Shown: one piece after another, positions 43,319 through 53,954 of the stretch
Position numbering within the stretch: position 1 is the first letter of the stretch
Layout: each line of letters opens with the position of its first letter
From: an uncultured Alphaproteobacteria bacterium
GTDB taxonomy: Bacteria; Pseudomonadota; Alphaproteobacteria; Rhizobiales; Methyloligellaceae
NCBI GenBank assembly: GCA_942491645.1
Contig: CALOBK010000001.1
Location: 1,870-65,869, forward strand
Direction of reading: 5' to 3'
Length of the DNA stretch: 64,000 nt
Translations under genes and position numbers: made by a program
The notes under the pieces: model-generated
What the model saw: only the letters and a program-made list of their open reading frames with translations
The model's database searches: none
What the model was told of the DNA's origin: nothing

Positions 43319-43980
43319 GTGCGCGGCCTAAGGGGTTCAGCCTCATCGATAGTGCGGAGTCGTTCGCGCAAGCCTTTAACGTTTCACATGAAACAATCCA
43401 CAGCCTGACGCGCTACGCGGACCTTCTGAGCCATTGGCAGAAGACCACCAATCTCGTCGCTCCTTCGACGCTGCCAAATATCTGGTCACGCCACTTCGCA
43501 GACTCCGCACAGCTCTCCGCCCTTGCGTCAAACGGGCGACTCTGGCTCGATCTAGGATCGGGCGGCGGCTTTCCCGGCCTGATCGTCGCTCTCCTCCGTA
43601 AGGCCGACTCGGATTTTCGGATGCATCTCGTGGAATCCAACCAAAAGAAATGCGCCTTTCTCGGCCAGGTTGTTCGCGCGACCGAGGCCCCTGTGGACAT
43701 CCATGCGATACGTATTGAACAGTTGGCGGAAAAAGCTCAAAGCCTAAGACCAGACGTGATCAGTGCCCGCGCCCTTGCGCCGTTGCCGCGTCTATTGGAA
43801 CTCGCAGAGCCATTTTTGCGGGATCAAACCAAGGGGCTTTTCCTGAAAGGTCGCGAGACAGAGGCGGAGATCCGGACCGCGCAAGAGCGGTGGTCCTTCG
43901 ACGTCAAGCTCCATCCAAGCCTGACAGCGGACGACGCGCAGACCCTCGAAGTCTCAAACCTGCGCCGGAGGCCGTCATGA
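43315..43980 (+). CDS. rsmG: 16S rRNA m7G527 methyltransferase (GidB)
   Basis: [20 protein letters not shown]. Confidence 0.95.
   Translation: MSARPKGFSLIDSAESFAQAFNVSHETIHSLTRYADLLSHWQKTTNLVAPSTLPNIWSRHFADSAQLSALASNGRLWLDLGSGGGFPGLIVALLRKADSDFRMHLVESNQKKCAFLGQVVRATEAPVDIHAIRIEQLAEKAQSLRPDVISARALAPLPRLLELAEPFLRDQTKGLFLKGRETEAEIRTAQERWSFDVKLHPSLTADDAQTLEVSNLRRRPS
43380..43395. promoter_or_regulatory. parS site inside the rsmG 5' end
   Basis: CGTTTCACATGAAACA. Confidence 0.7.
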
Positions 43981-44780
43981 GCCGCAGCACCATGCGCATC
44001 TTGGCGCTCGCAAACCAAAAGGGTGGCGTCGGCAAGACCACCACGGCGATCAATCTTGGAACCGCCCTAGCCGCCGTTGGCGAGCACGTGCTGATCGTCG
44101 ATCTCGATCCGCAAGGCAATGCCTCAACAGGGCTTGGGATCGAGCAGCGCGACCGTTCGACCTTTGATGTTCTGACCGGCGATACATCGATCGTGGATGC
44201 AAAAGTCCCGACCCATGTGCCGCGGCTGTCGATCGTGCCGGCAACGATCGACCTGATGTCGTTCGAGAGCGAAGTCGGGGACAGCGGAAGTAAACATTAC
44301 CGTTTGCGCGACTGCTTCGCCGAATTGGCGGCCAGTGAGACCGGCGATACGAAGACGACATATGTTCTTATCGACTGCCCGCCTTCGCTCAACCTTCTGA
44401 CGCTGAATGCGCTTGCCGCTGCCGATGCTGTTCTGGTACCGCTCCAATGCGAGTTCTTTGCGCTCGAGGGCCTTGCCCAGCTCTTGAGCACGGTGGAGGA
44501 AATTCGCGGACGTCTGAACCCCAAGCTTCGGATTCATGGCGTTGTGCTGACGATGTACGACCAGCGCACCAGCCTTTCCGATCAGGTGGTGGACGATGTG
44601 CGCGCAGTCCTTGGCGATAAGGTCTACACGACCGTTATTCCGCGCAATGTGCGGGTCGCCGAGTCGCCCTCGCACGGTAAGCCCGTTCTGCTGTACGACT
44701 ATAAATGCACAGGGAGCCAAGCCTATATCAGTCTCGCCTCGGAAGTGATCGAGCGTGAACGCCGCATGCGGGCGGCATGA
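43977..44780 (+). CDS. parA: Chromosome partitioning ATPase ParA
   Basis: NQKGGVGKTT, DLDPQGN, DCPPSL, IPRNVRVAE. Confidence 0.97.
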   Translation: MSRSTMRILALANQKGGVGKTTTAINLGTALAAVGEHVLIVDLDPQGNASTGLGIEQRDRSTFDVLTGDTSIVDAKVPTHVPRLSIVPATIDLMSFESEVGDSGSKHYRLRDCFAELAASETGDTKTTYVLIDCPPSLNLLTLNALAAADAVLVPLQCEFFALEGLAQLLSTVEEIRGRLNPKLRIHGVVLTMYDQRTSLSDQVVDDVRAVLGDKVYTTVIPRNVRVAESPSHGKPVLLYDYKCTGSQAYISLASEVIERERRMRAA

Positions 44781-44820
44781 TGCTGGTAAGGCACGCGACC
44801 ATCTCGAAGCGGAGATAACC

Positions 44821-45687
44821 ATGGCAGTTAGCACACAGAAGAAACGATTGGGCCGGAGCCTCGCCTCATTGATTGGCGAGGGCGGTGAGGGACTTGGATT
44901 GGCGCCTGACGATCAAAGAGCCGTGCCGTTATCTGCCTTGAAGGCGAGCCGCTACAATCCCCGCCGTGACTTCTCCGAGACGCAGCTCGACGAACTCGCA
45001 TCCTCAATCCGCGAGCGCGGGCTGGTTCAGCCGCTGGTGGTACGCCCGATCGGCAACGACACTTACGAGATCGTCGCTGGTGAGCGGCGCTGGCGAGCAG
45101 CCCAGCGGGCGAAGCTGCATGAGGTGCCCGTCGTCATTCGAGCGCTCACCGATCAAGAAGCCGTCGAAATCGCGATCATCGAAAATGTCCAGCGCGAGGA
45201 CCTCAACGCGATCGAGGAGGGCGAGGGCTATCACGCGCTCATGGATGGGCATGCCTACACGCAAGAAGACCTCTCCAAAGTGATTGGTAAGAGCCGCAGC
45301 CATCTGGCGAATACGTTGCGTCTGCTGAAACTGCCGCGGCTCGTCCAAGATTTGGTGCGGAACGGTGAGCTCAGCGCAGGCCACGCACGCGCATTGATCG
45401 GCCGTGCAGACGCAGCCAAAATCGCGGCCCGTATCGTTAAGGAAGGGTTAACAGTCCGCCAAGTCGAGGCGCTCACGCAAGATCGGGGCACCAAAACGAA
45501 GGGGACGGTCAAGGCCGGGAAGGACGCCGATACACGTGCGGCGGAATCGGAGTTGCACGATGCCCTCGGTCTTCGCGTTGAAATCAAGACAGGGCGTGGT
45601 GAGCGCGGCGAACTTCGCATTCGCTATACGAACTACGATCAACTCGAAGACGTCCGTATGCGGTTGATGCGGCGCCCGAGAAGCTGA
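44821..45687 (+). CDS. parB: Chromosome partitioning CTPase ParB
   Basis: LGRSLASLI, AGERRWRA, ENVQREDL, KSRSHLANTLRLL. Confidence 0.97.
   Translation: MAVSTQKKRLGRSLASLIGEGGEGLGLAPDDQRAVPLSALKASRYNPRRDFSETQLDELASSIRERGLVQPLVVRPIGNDTYEIVAGERRWRAAQRAKLHEVPVVIRALTDQEAVEIAIIENVQREDLNAIEEGEGYHALMDGHAYTQEDLSKVIGKSRSHLANTLRLLKLPRLVQDLVRNGELSAGHARALIGRADAAKIAARIVKEGLTVRQVEALTQDRGTKTKGTVKAGKDADTRAAESELHDALGLRVEIKTGRGERGELRIRYTNYDQLEDVRMRLMRRPRS
45437..45452. promoter_or_regulatory. CtrA-type site inside parB
   Basis: TTAAggaagggTTAAC. Confidence 0.45.
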
Positions 45688-45728
45688 CGAAAGGCCGACC
45701 GCAGGGCTTTCGAGCCCCGGACGCCGTG

Positions 45729-46316
45729 CTAGGCAGGGGCCGCGCTGAGGAACTCTTCTGCTTTGAACAGCGATTTGAACGGCACGCCAGCCTCTGCGTA
45801 GAGCGCTGCGGCCCCTTCACCGCGATCGAGGATGGAAATTACCAGCGTAACCTGAGCCCCGGCGTTCTGGACGACCCTGACCGCATCCATTGCCGATCCG
45901 CCAGTTGTCGTCACGTCCTCCACTATCACCACCGACTTGCCGGCGATATCGTTGCCGTCGACACGCTGTTGCGTGCCGTGGTCTTTGACGGCCTTGCGCA
46001 CGAAAAAGCCTGGCAGATACCGACCATGGGCTGGGCTCTTCATTGCGACGGGGGCGATGAGCGGCACGGCACCCATCTCCAAACCACCGACCGCATCCGC
46101 CGTAACACCTTGAATTGCATGAAGAATTAGGTCTGCCATGAGGTCGGCCCCGTCTGGATCGAGCATTGCGGGCTTCATGTCGAAATAGTAATTGCTCTCC
46201 TTGCCAGAGGCCAGAACGATGCGGCCGCGGCGGAACGCGCGGGTCTGCAAGAGCATGAAGAGCTTGTTCCGGCGTTCGAATGTGGCGGGGTCTATTGTGG
46301 CGGCGTCTTGGTCCAT
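45729..46316 (-). CDS. pyrE: Orotate phosphoribosyltransferase
   Basis: LASGKESNYYFD, FVRK, VEDVTTTGGS. Confidence 0.92.
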   Translation of the reverse strand: MDQDAATIDPATFERRNKLFMLLQTRAFRRGRIVLASGKESNYYFDMKPAMLDPDGADLMADLILHAIQGVTADAVGGLEMGAVPLIAPVAMKSPAHGRYLPGFFVRKAVKDHGTQQRVDGNDIAGKSVVIVEDVTTTGGSAMDAVRVVQNAGAQVTLVISILDRGEGAAALYAEAGVPFKSLFKAEEFLSAAPA

Positions 46317-46370
46317 GGCGCGTCCCTCGAGCTTAGAGCAAACTATGCATAGAAACGCTCGCCGAATCCG

Positions 46371-47372
46371 TCAAACTTTCGAGGTAAGCGTCAACAGAAG
46401 ATGTTCTGCAAAGGCAGATTCGAGATCGGGCGCCCGCCGCGCCCTGCGCACAGCTTCCTGAATGAGAGGCAGCGCGCTTGCCAGCCGCCCCGCACGCCAT
46501 TTGCGGCAATGGGCAAGAAACACATCCCGGCGCTTGTAGTGAAGCGGTGGTCTGAGTGTCTTGGCGCCCTCCTCGAGCGTTCCTTTGTAGGACGCAACGA
46601 GATAGAGCTTGGTGTAGTGGCGCGCGAGTACAGTAAGCGCGACGGATCGGTTGGTGCCCGCAGCGGTAAGCCGATTCAATTCGCGCAAGGCACTTGGCGC
46701 ATCGCCAGCGCTGACGGCGTAGACGAATGTCTCAAGTGCGACCTCCGCGGCGTCTCCGACGATCGCTGCGATGTCGTCATCCGTAACGCGGCCGCCCCCT
46801 TGTGCATAGAGCGCGAGCTTTGCCACTTCGCCGCGCGACATGGCTTGGTCCGCACCGAGCCGGCTCATGAGATAGGTTTTGGTGCCGCGGTCGATGCTAA
46901 GGCCAGTTTTCTTGAGCTCAGAATCGATCATGTTCGCAAGGCCGCGATCATCGGCGTAGCAAGGCAGCGCGGCGGCCTCGGGCAGTTTCTCGAAAAGTTT
47001 TCGCAAGGCCGAGTCGGGGCGGAGATTGCCAGCCTCAAGCACAAGCGCATTGTCCGACGGTTGGCCGAGCAGGTCTTTGAGCGAGGGAACATCCAGCCGG
47101 TTTCCGGCCGCAACGCGCACGACCTTGGTGGATGCGAACATCGGCTGCGTGCGAAGTTCAACATCGAGCCGGGCTGAATCCTCCGCAAAGTCGCGGTCGT
47201 CAAGGCGGATGATCTCGGCGTCTACTCCCTGACGGTTCGCAAAGATCTCAGTGAGTTTTGCCGCCCGCTCCGATACGAGGCCCGCATCCGGCCCGTAAAC
47301 GAGCACGGCACGGCACTCAGGCGCGGGTGCGTCCAAGAAGCGCTGAACAGCGGAGGCTTTATAGGCGACCAT
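46371..47372 (-). CDS. holA: DNA polymerase III delta subunit
   Basis: LVYGPDAGLVSER, CYAD, EVAKLALY; leuS-lptE-holA order. Confidence 0.92.
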   Translation of the reverse strand: MVAYKASAVQRFLDAPAPECRAVLVYGPDAGLVSERAAKLTEIFANRQGVDAEIIRLDDRDFAEDSARLDVELRTQPMFASTKVVRVAAGNRLDVPSLKDLLGQPSDNALVLEAGNLRPDSALRKLFEKLPEAAALPCYADDRGLANMIDSELKKTGLSIDRGTKTYLMSRLGADQAMSRGEVAKLALYAQGGGRVTDDDIAAIVGDAAEVALETFVYAVSAGDAPSALRELNRLTAAGTNRSVALTVLARHYTKLYLVASYKGTLEEGAKTLRPPLHYKRRDVFLAHCRKWRAGRLASALPLIQEAVRRARRAPDLESAFAEHLLLTLTSKV

Positions 47373-47422
47373 GGGGCACCGTGACCGGCGGGCTCATGCG
47401 GCGCAGGAAACGTCGCGCTGCC

Positions 47423-47944
47423 TCAACTGGTCGCAAGATAGGCCGCAACCTGGCTCTCAATACTGTCCGAAACTGTACTGGCAGCGCGGTTCTCTGCGTC
47501 ACGCCGGGCACGGACATTGGCGAACACTTCTTGGAAGCGTGTGTAGGGCGCCCTGGAGACAGCCGTTCCTTTGTGCACGACGGCACCGCTTGCCGCGTCC
47601 ACAAGCGTATAACTTGCCTGGAGCTGGTAGACCTGCCCTTTCGCGTTACCGGAGACCTGGACGAGCTGCTGAATCTCCTTCTCCCGAAGGGCGATCTTGA
47701 GGTTGTATTTCGGTATGGTTGCGTTGCCGCCGCCGGTATTGGCAAAGATCAGCTCATTGCGAACCTTTTGGCCAACACGCCCCGGGATGGGCTGAACGTC
47801 TACGGACGCCATCACGTCCGAGAGCCTCACGCCGCTGGCGGTTGTGGTGTTGTTGCCGTATAGCGGCTGAAACCCACAACCAGCCAAGCCAAGCCCGGCG
47901 GCAGCAAGCACCACCACGGCAAGTGCAGGACTACGCCACCACAT
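47423..47944 (-). CDS. lptE: LPS assembly lipoprotein LptE
   Basis: Lipobox LAGC followed by GFQPLYG; lies between leuS and holA. Confidence 0.88.
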   Translation of the reverse strand: MWWRSPALAVVVLAAAGLGLAGCGFQPLYGNNTTTASGVRLSDVMASVDVQPIPGRVGQKVRNELIFANTGGGNATIPKYNLKIALREKEIQQLVQVSGNAKGQVYQLQASYTLVDAASGAVVHKGTAVSRAPYTRFQEVFANVRARRDAENRAASTVSDSIESQVAAYLATS

Positions 47945-50543
47945 TGACGATCCTTCGCGGCACGACCACGACCTTCTTAATGCTACGTCCCTCAATAGCG
48001 CGCGCGACTGCGTCCAGCGCAAGCGCCGCCGCTTCAATATCTTCCTTCGCGGCGTCTCGTGCAATCGTCAATTCGCCCCGCCTCTTGCCGTTGACCTGCA
48101 CCGCGATGGTGACGCTGTCTTCTACGAGCAGCGCCGGATCGGCCTCCGGCCAAGCCTGCTCAGCAACAAGGTCTTGATATCCAAGTATTTTCCAGCATTC
48201 CTCGGCCAAATGGGGCACCATAGGCGCCCCAAGGCGGACGAAGGTTTCGGCGGCTTCCCGGACGGCAAATCTCAGGCCCTCGGTCGGGGCCGCCGCCAGG
48301 GCCTGCAGCGCGGACGACAGCGCGTTTGCCAGCTCATAGATCTGGGCGACGCCTGAGTTGAATCGGAGCCGCTCAACAGCCGCCGTCGCACCGGCAATTG
48401 TCTTATGGGTCGCGCGGCGAAGTTTCTCGGCTTCAGCGTCAATCTTGGCCGGACACGCCGCGCCGAGCGGGGCCCCTTTGGAGGCGGCCTCGCCTGCCAG
48501 ACGCCAAAGCCGTTGCAAGAAGCGGTGCGCGCCATCGACGCCGCCCGCGGTCCACTCCATGTCGCGCTCTGGCGGTGTGTCGGAGAGCATGAACCAGCGC
48601 GCGGTGTCGGCCCCATAGGCGCCGATTATGCTGTCGGGATCGACGACGTTCTTCTTGGACTTCGACATAGACTCAACAGCACCGACGGTTACTGGCGTGC
48701 CGGTTGAGACCTGTACGGACTTACCGTCCTTCGATGTGACGTCCTCGGGAAAGAGCCACTTGCCGTCTTCGTCCTTGTAGGTCTCATGGGTCACCATGCC
48801 TTGGGTGAAGAGGCCACGGAACGGCTCGTCCAGTGCCACGTGACCCACTTTGTGCATCGCGCGGGTGAAGAAGCGTGCGTAGAGAAGATGCAAGATCGCG
48901 TGCTCCACGCCACCGATATATTGATCGATGGGCAGCCAATAGCGCACCGCGTCCGGGTCGGTCGGCACGGTTGTACGTGGCGCACAGAAGCGCGTGAAAT
49001 ACCAGGACGAATCGACAAACGTGTCCATCGTGTCGGTCTCGCGCTCAGCGGCGCCGCCGCATTTGGGACAACGCACCTTCTTCCAAGTCGGATGACGGTC
49101 GAGCGGATTGCCCGGGACGTCGAACGTCACGTCGTCAGGAAGTTTCACCGGCAGATCCTCATCGGGCACGGGAACGAGGTCGCAGCTCTCACAATGGATC
49201 ATGGGGATCGGACAGCCCCAATAGCGCTGGCGGGAGATCCCCCAGTCGCGCAAACGGAACTGCGTCTTCCGCACGCCTTGCGGTACACCGTCCACCTGGC
49301 GCGCGGCAAGCCGGTCCGTCATTGCAGACTTCGCATCGACGACCGAGAGCCCATCTAAGAAGCCGGAATTGATTAGCGTGCCATCGCCTGTATAGGCCTC
49401 CGCGCCGATCTCGAACGTCTTGGCATCTTCATCTGGCGGCGACACCACGGGCAACACAGGCCTATCATAGGCCCGCGCGAATTCGAGGTCGCGCTGATCG
49501 TGCGCGGGGCACCCGAAAATCGCGCCGGTTCCATAGTCCATAAGAATGAAATTCGCGATGTAGACCGGAAGCGTCGCGTTATCGATGACCGGGTGGGCGA
49601 CACGCACGCCCGTATCGAAACCGGTCTTCTCTTGCGTTTCGATCTCTGCAGCGCTGGTGCCGTGCTGATGGCACGCATCGATATAGGCTTGTGCCTCTGT
49701 GTTGGACGCAGCAATGGTCTGCGCCAACGGATGGTCTGGTGCGATTGCCAAGAAGGCTGCACCGAACAACGTGTCAGGACGCGTGGTGAAAACCTCGATC
49801 GACGAAACGCCTTCTGGGGCGCTTCCGCCCACCGTTTCGAACCGCACGAGCAAGCCTTCGGAGCGCCCGATCCAGTTGGCCTGCATGAGGCGAACTTTCT
49901 CGGGCCAGCGGTCGAGGGCTTCAAGTGCATCGAGCAAATCCTGCGCATAATCCGTGATCTTGAAGACCCATTCAGGCTGCTCGCGCTGTTCCACCAACGC
50001 GCCTGAGCGCCAGCCCCGGCCATCGATGACCTGCTCGTTGGCAAGCACCGTGTTGTCCACCGGATCCCAATTCACCTTCCGTGTCTTGCGGTCCACAAGG
50101 CCGCCCGCGAGCATGTCGAGAAAGAGCTTTTGTTGCTGGTGATAATATTCGAGATCGCATGTCGCGAGCTCTCGCGTCCAATCCAGCGACAGACCCATGC
50201 TCTTCAACTGACCGCGCATGGTGGCGATGTTGTCGTAGGTCCATTGTCCCGGATGAACGCCGCGCTCGATCGCCGCGTTTTCCGCGGGCAGACCGAAAGC
50301 ATCCCAGCCCATCGGGTGGAGCACGTTGTAGCCACGTGCGCGCATGAAACGGGCGACCACGTCGCCCATGGTGTAGTTCCGGACATGCCCCATATGGATG
50401 CGGCCCGAGGGGTAGGGAAACATCTCGAGCACATAGTATTTCGGGCGCGCGTCATCCTCGGCCGCCTCGAACAAGCGCTTGTCGTCCCAGACCTTCTGCC
50501 AGTGCTTCTCGCGTGCCGGCGCGTCGTAGCGGTCCGCGGCCAT
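47931..50543 (-). CDS. leuS: Leucine--tRNA ligase
   Basis: [27 protein letters not shown]. Confidence 0.98.
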   Translation of the reverse strand: MAADRYDAPAREKHWQKVWDDKRLFEAAEDDARPKYYVLEMFPYPSGRIHMGHVRNYTMGDVVARFMRARGYNVLHPMGWDAFGLPAENAAIERGVHPGQWTYDNIATMRGQLKSMGLSLDWTRELATCDLEYYHQQQKLFLDMLAGGLVDRKTRKVNWDPVDNTVLANEQVIDGRGWRSGALVEQREQPEWVFKITDYAQDLLDALEALDRWPEKVRLMQANWIGRSEGLLVRFETVGGSAPEGVSSIEVFTTRPDTLFGAAFLAIAPDHPLAQTIAASNTEAQAYIDACHQHGTSAAEIETQEKTGFDTGVRVAHPVIDNATLPVYIANFILMDYGTGAIFGCPAHDQRDLEFARAYDRPVLPVVSPPDEDAKTFEIGAEAYTGDGTLINSGFLDGLSVVDAKSAMTDRLAARQVDGVPQGVRKTQFRLRDWGISRQRYWGCPIPMIHCESCDLVPVPDEDLPVKLPDDVTFDVPGNPLDRHPTWKKVRCPKCGGAAERETDTMDTFVDSSWYFTRFCAPRTTVPTDPDAVRYWLPIDQYIGGVEHAILHLLYARFFTRAMHKVGHVALDEPFRGLFTQGMVTHETYKDEDGKWLFPEDVTSKDGKSVQVSTGTPVTVGAVESMSKSKKNVVDPDSIIGAYGADTARWFMLSDTPPERDMEWTAGGVDGAHRFLQRLWRLAGEAASKGAPLGAACPAKIDAEAEKLRRATHKTIAGATAAVERLRFNSGVAQIYELANALSSALQALAAAPTEGLRFAVREAAETFVRLGAPMVPHLAEECWKILGYQDLVAEQAWPEADPALLVEDSVTIAVQVNGKRRGELTIARDAAKEDIEAAALALDAVARAIEGRSIKKVVVVPRRIVNVVA

Positions 50544-50692
50544 TCTCACCCCATGCCTCTTGTCGCTCAGCCCATGCCTCGTATCGATTCGGCGGCAATC
50601 GAAACCAATTATCGAAAACGGTCAAGCGCCCGGCCAAATTCAGCGTTGCCATAGAACGCGCCGTCGCTAAAGTTCAGTGCTAGGTACCCTGC

Positions 50693-51388
50693 ATGAGCGC
50701 TGAAAGCCACTCCGCCGCCGAGATCCCTTCCCGCCTGCGCCTGGTGCGGGAAGAGATTGCCCTTGCGTGCGAGGCCGCCGAGCGGCCCGCTCTCTCCGTC
50801 GAGCTCATCGCTGTCAGCAAGACAATGCCCGCCGCGGCGATTGAGGACGCGATCGAGGCGGGACAGCGCATCTTCGGCGAGAATCGCGTCCAGGAGGCCC
50901 ATGGCAAATGGCCTGGCTTGAGAACGCTCCATCCAGACGTCGAGCTTCACCTGATCGGGCCCCTGCAAACAAACAAGGTGAAGGAGGCCGTCGCGCTCTT
51001 CGATGTGATCGAAACCTTGGATCGCCCGAAACTGGCCCGTGCGCTTACAGAAGAAATCGAACGATCCGGAAAACGCCCGCGCCTCTTCGTCCAGGTCAAC
51101 ACCGGAGAGGAGCCGCAAAAGGCCGGCATCGCGCCGGAGGAGACAGCCGCGTTTGTTGCTCTCTGCCACGAGACGTTTGGTCTGCAGGTCGACGGGCTGA
51201 TGTGCATCCCGCCCCTTGGCGAGGAGCCTTCGATGCATTTTGCGCTTCTGGCCAAGCTTGCGCGCGAGCTAGGGCTCCGCGAGCTCAGCATGGGTATGAG
51301 CGGCGACTTCGAAAGAGCCATCGCGTTCGGGGCGACCTATGTCCGGGTGGGAACCGCGATATTCGGCGCGCGCGTGCTTCTCGACTAG
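50693..51388 (+). CDS. yggS: PLP homeostasis protein YggS family
   Basis: AVSKT, FGENRVQE, HLIGPLQTNK, SMGMSGD, VRVGTAIFG. Confidence 0.95.
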   Translation: MSAESHSAAEIPSRLRLVREEIALACEAAERPALSVELIAVSKTMPAAAIEDAIEAGQRIFGENRVQEAHGKWPGLRTLHPDVELHLIGPLQTNKVKEAVALFDVIETLDRPKLARALTEEIERSGKRPRLFVQVNTGEEPQKAGIAPEETAAFVALCHETFGLQVDGLMCIPPLGEEPSMHFALLAKLARELGLRELSMGMSGDFERAIAFGATYVRVGTAIFGARVLLD

Positions 51389-51399
51389 GGTAGGAGGCA

Positions 51400-51945
51400 T
51401 CAAGAGGCGACGAGAAACGCCCCGCCCCGCCTTGCCTCCGCAAGCACCGCTAAAAGGTCCCGGTGCGACAGAGCAATGCATCCTGCTGTGGGTGCATATC
51501 CATCACGCGCAAGGTGAGCGAAGATCGCACTTCCAAGGTTCCGCATCCGCGGCCTGTCGTTGTAGCCGAGAACAAGGACTACATCGTACAGCCTGTCATC
51601 CCGCATCATGCGCTCTGCGCTGTGGGGATAGGGAAGCTGGACGGGCCGGTTATAGTTGCGGTCGCTTGCATCGTCGCACCAGCCATCGCCGGACCGGATC
51701 GCACGCGTCGGATACGCAGCTTGCGGCCGCTGGCCCCGATCAGCCCGGTACAAGATGAAGCGGATGGGCCAGCGCCCCGCAGGGGTGGCCCCGTCGCCCT
51801 CGCGCTTGATGGCTTTGATGCCGCCGCGCCCGATTGCCGCGCGCCGAACGGTGTGCGAGAGCTGGATCCGAGCCTCGGTGGGACGGCCAGGTGCACGCCG
51901 GACAAGGATGGTCTTTGACCGTCTAACGCTCAAATCGCACCTCAA
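51400..51945 (-). CDS. L,D-transpeptidase (YkuD) family protein
   Basis: KREGDGATPAG, GSAIFAH..PTAGCIAL catalytic His/Cys; start approximate. Confidence 0.85.
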   Translation of the reverse strand: MRCDLSVRRSKTILVRRAPGRPTEARIQLSHTVRRAAIGRGGIKAIKREGDGATPAGRWPIRFILYRADRGQRPQAAYPTRAIRSGDGWCDDASDRNYNRPVQLPYPHSAERMMRDDRLYDVVLVLGYNDRPRMRNLGSAIFAHLARDGYAPTAGCIALSHRDLLAVLAEARRGGAFLVAS

Positions 51946-52063
51946 TTCGCGCTTTCTCCATAGACTCTATAGGCTTGTGGCTTGGCGGTGTGCCCCTTAC
52001 AAACCTCTGTTGAGGACACGTCCTCCGAAACGCCGACACGGGATTCTCGAAAAGGACAGGCCC

Positions 52064-52750
52064 ATGAGCAATTCGCGTAAGATCCTCATCATCGACGATG
52101 ACGATGAATTGCGCGAGTCCTTGAGCGAGCAGCTCTCGCTGCATGAGGAATTCGAAACGGAACTTGCTCAGACCGCGCAGGACGGACTGAAGCTTGCGCG
52201 CGGCGGTCATGTGGATCTCGTCTTGCTCGATGTGGGACTTCCCGATCTCGATGGACGCGAGGCGTGCAAGCTCTTGCGGCGCGGCGGTTTCAAAGGACCG
52301 GTGATCATGCTCACGGGCCAGGCCTCCGATGCCGACACCATTCTTGGCCTGGAGTCTGGCGCGAACGACTATGTGACAAAGCCATTTCGCTTGGGGGTGC
52401 TGCTCGCGCGTATTCGCGCGCAGCTCCGTCAGCATGAGCAAAGCGAGGACGCGGTCTTCAATATCGGGCCTTATACGTTCAAGCCAGCCGCGAAGCTTCT
52501 TCTCGATGGGAGCGGTAGCAAAGTCAGACTGACGGAGAAAGAGACCTCGATCCTCAAATATCTCTATCGGGCAGGCGAGCGGGTCGTGACGCGCGACGTC
52601 CTGCTGCATGAGGTCTGGGGCTACAATGCGGGCGTCACCACCCATACGCTTGAGACCCATATTTACCGGCTGCGTCAAAAGATCGAAAAAGATCCCTCGC
52701 AAGCCGAACTCCTGATCACCGAAACAGGCGGCTACAAGCTGGTTCCTTAG
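52064..52750 (+). CDS. cenR: OmpR-family response regulator, CenR/OtpR orthologue
   Basis: DVGLPDLDGRE, QHEQSEDA and VWGYNAGVTTHTLETHIYRLRQKIE; located next to xth-lolA-ftsK. Confidence 0.8.
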   Translation: MSNSRKILIIDDDDELRESLSEQLSLHEEFETELAQTAQDGLKLARGGHVDLVLLDVGLPDLDGREACKLLRRGGFKGPVIMLTGQASDADTILGLESGANDYVTKPFRLGVLLARIRAQLRQHEQSEDAVFNIGPYTFKPAAKLLLDGSGSKVRLTEKETSILKYLYRAGERVVTRDVLLHEVWGYNAGVTTHTLETHIYRLRQKIEKDPSQAELLITETGGYKLVP

Positions 52751-52779
52751 CGACCAGGTCAGCCACAACTCAACGGGCC

Positions 52780-53601
52780 TCAATCGGTCTCGAAGTCTAC
52801 AATCACAGGCGCATGGTCGGACGTGCGCGTCCAATCGCGCGTCTCGTCGAGAACGCGCATGGACAATGCCGCACCGTCCAAGGCCGGCGTGGTCCAGATG
52901 TGATCGAGCCGCCGGCCGCGGTTCGAAGCGCGCCAGTCGCGATTGCGGTAGCTCCACCAGGTGAAGAGCGGCTCTTCCGGATCGACATGTGCCCTCATGA
53001 CATCAATCCAATCATGCGTAGCCATGGCCTGCTGCATGCGTTGGGTCTCAGGCGGGGTGTGGCTGACCACTTTCAGAAGCTGCTTGTGGGACCATACGTC
53101 CGCTGGAAGCGGCGCCACATTGAGGTCGCCAGTCAAGATCATGCGGTTCTTGGCCTTAGTGCGATGGGCGCTAGACCAGGCGGTCATTGCATCCAAGAAA
53201 TCGAGCTTGTGCTGGAATTTGGCATTGACCGCGGGGTCGGGAATGTCGCCGCCCGCCGGCACGTAGAAATTATGGATCAGCAATGGTTTTTGACGCGAGC
53301 CGGCCCCGTCAAGCTCGACCGAGACATGCCGCGCATGCCCATCGCCGCACAGATCCAGCCGATCCGTACGTGCGATGGGGATCTTCGAGAGTGTTGCGAC
53401 CCCGTGATAACCCTTCTGGCCCGTGATCGCGGCATGGGGAAACCCCAAGTCCTCGAAGGCCTTGCGCGGGAACTGATGCTCCTGGCACTTGATCTCCTGC
53501 AGGCACAGAATGTCGGGATTTTCGGCTCGCACGAAGCGCTCAACAAGGTCGAGTCGCAAGCGAACGGAGTTGATATTCCACGTTGCCAGTCTGAAACGCA
53601 T
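52780..53601 (-). CDS. xth: Exodeoxyribonuclease III family
   Basis: ATWNINSVR, LQEIK, GDLNVAP, RRLDHIW, SDHAPV. Confidence 0.93.
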   Translation of the reverse strand: MRFRLATWNINSVRLRLDLVERFVRAENPDILCLQEIKCQEHQFPRKAFEDLGFPHAAITGQKGYHGVATLSKIPIARTDRLDLCGDGHARHVSVELDGAGSRQKPLLIHNFYVPAGGDIPDPAVNAKFQHKLDFLDAMTAWSSAHRTKAKNRMILTGDLNVAPLPADVWSHKQLLKVVSHTPPETQRMQQAMATHDWIDVMRAHVDPEEPLFTWWSYRNRDWRASNRGRRLDHIWTTPALDGAALSMRVLDETRDWTRTSDHAPVIVDFETD

Positions 53602-53711
53602 GATAGGGGCTGACTATTCCCTTCTGTCCTTTGGAGCAATGCCATGTGCGTCCAGGCCGAGCCTTATGCAAGCAATCAACAGAGCAGGACGGGGGACAGG
53701 CGGAGCCGGAC

Positions 53712-53858
53712 GAGAAAAAGGCGCCCAACCACTGCGCGGGGTTGGACGCCTTAGCGCGTTCTTCGCGCGAGCCGGGAGGGAAGCCGGCTCGAGCAGACCA
53801 CATCTTCGGCTGGACGGGGGGGCACTGCCGATGAGAGCGATGTGATCCGCTTCTGCTA
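53712..53858 (-). ncRNA. Candidate ~145-nt three-hairpin sRNA with C-rich loops and an intrinsic terminator
   Basis: Stems at 53793-53850, 53768-53791 (loop CUUCCCUC) and 53718-53752 followed by a U-run; upstream TTGAAA...CCATAT. Confidence 0.65.
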
Positions 53859-53954
53859 CTGAAATATGGAGTCCTCGCGGCGATTTCAATCCCTACCGTG
53901 CCGAAAACTTAACAATTCGTAAATAAGGAGAGCAGAGAGCGCTAAGATATTAAT

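Noticed and set aside
45729-46316. pyrE between parB and holA (and yyaL between rho and mnmE) as mobile insertions
   Set aside because: No flanking repeats, integrase or compositional shift; these look like ordinary rearrangements.
48655-48675. LeuS has SMSKS instead of KMSKS
   Set aside because: This is a common variant in alphaproteobacterial LeuS.
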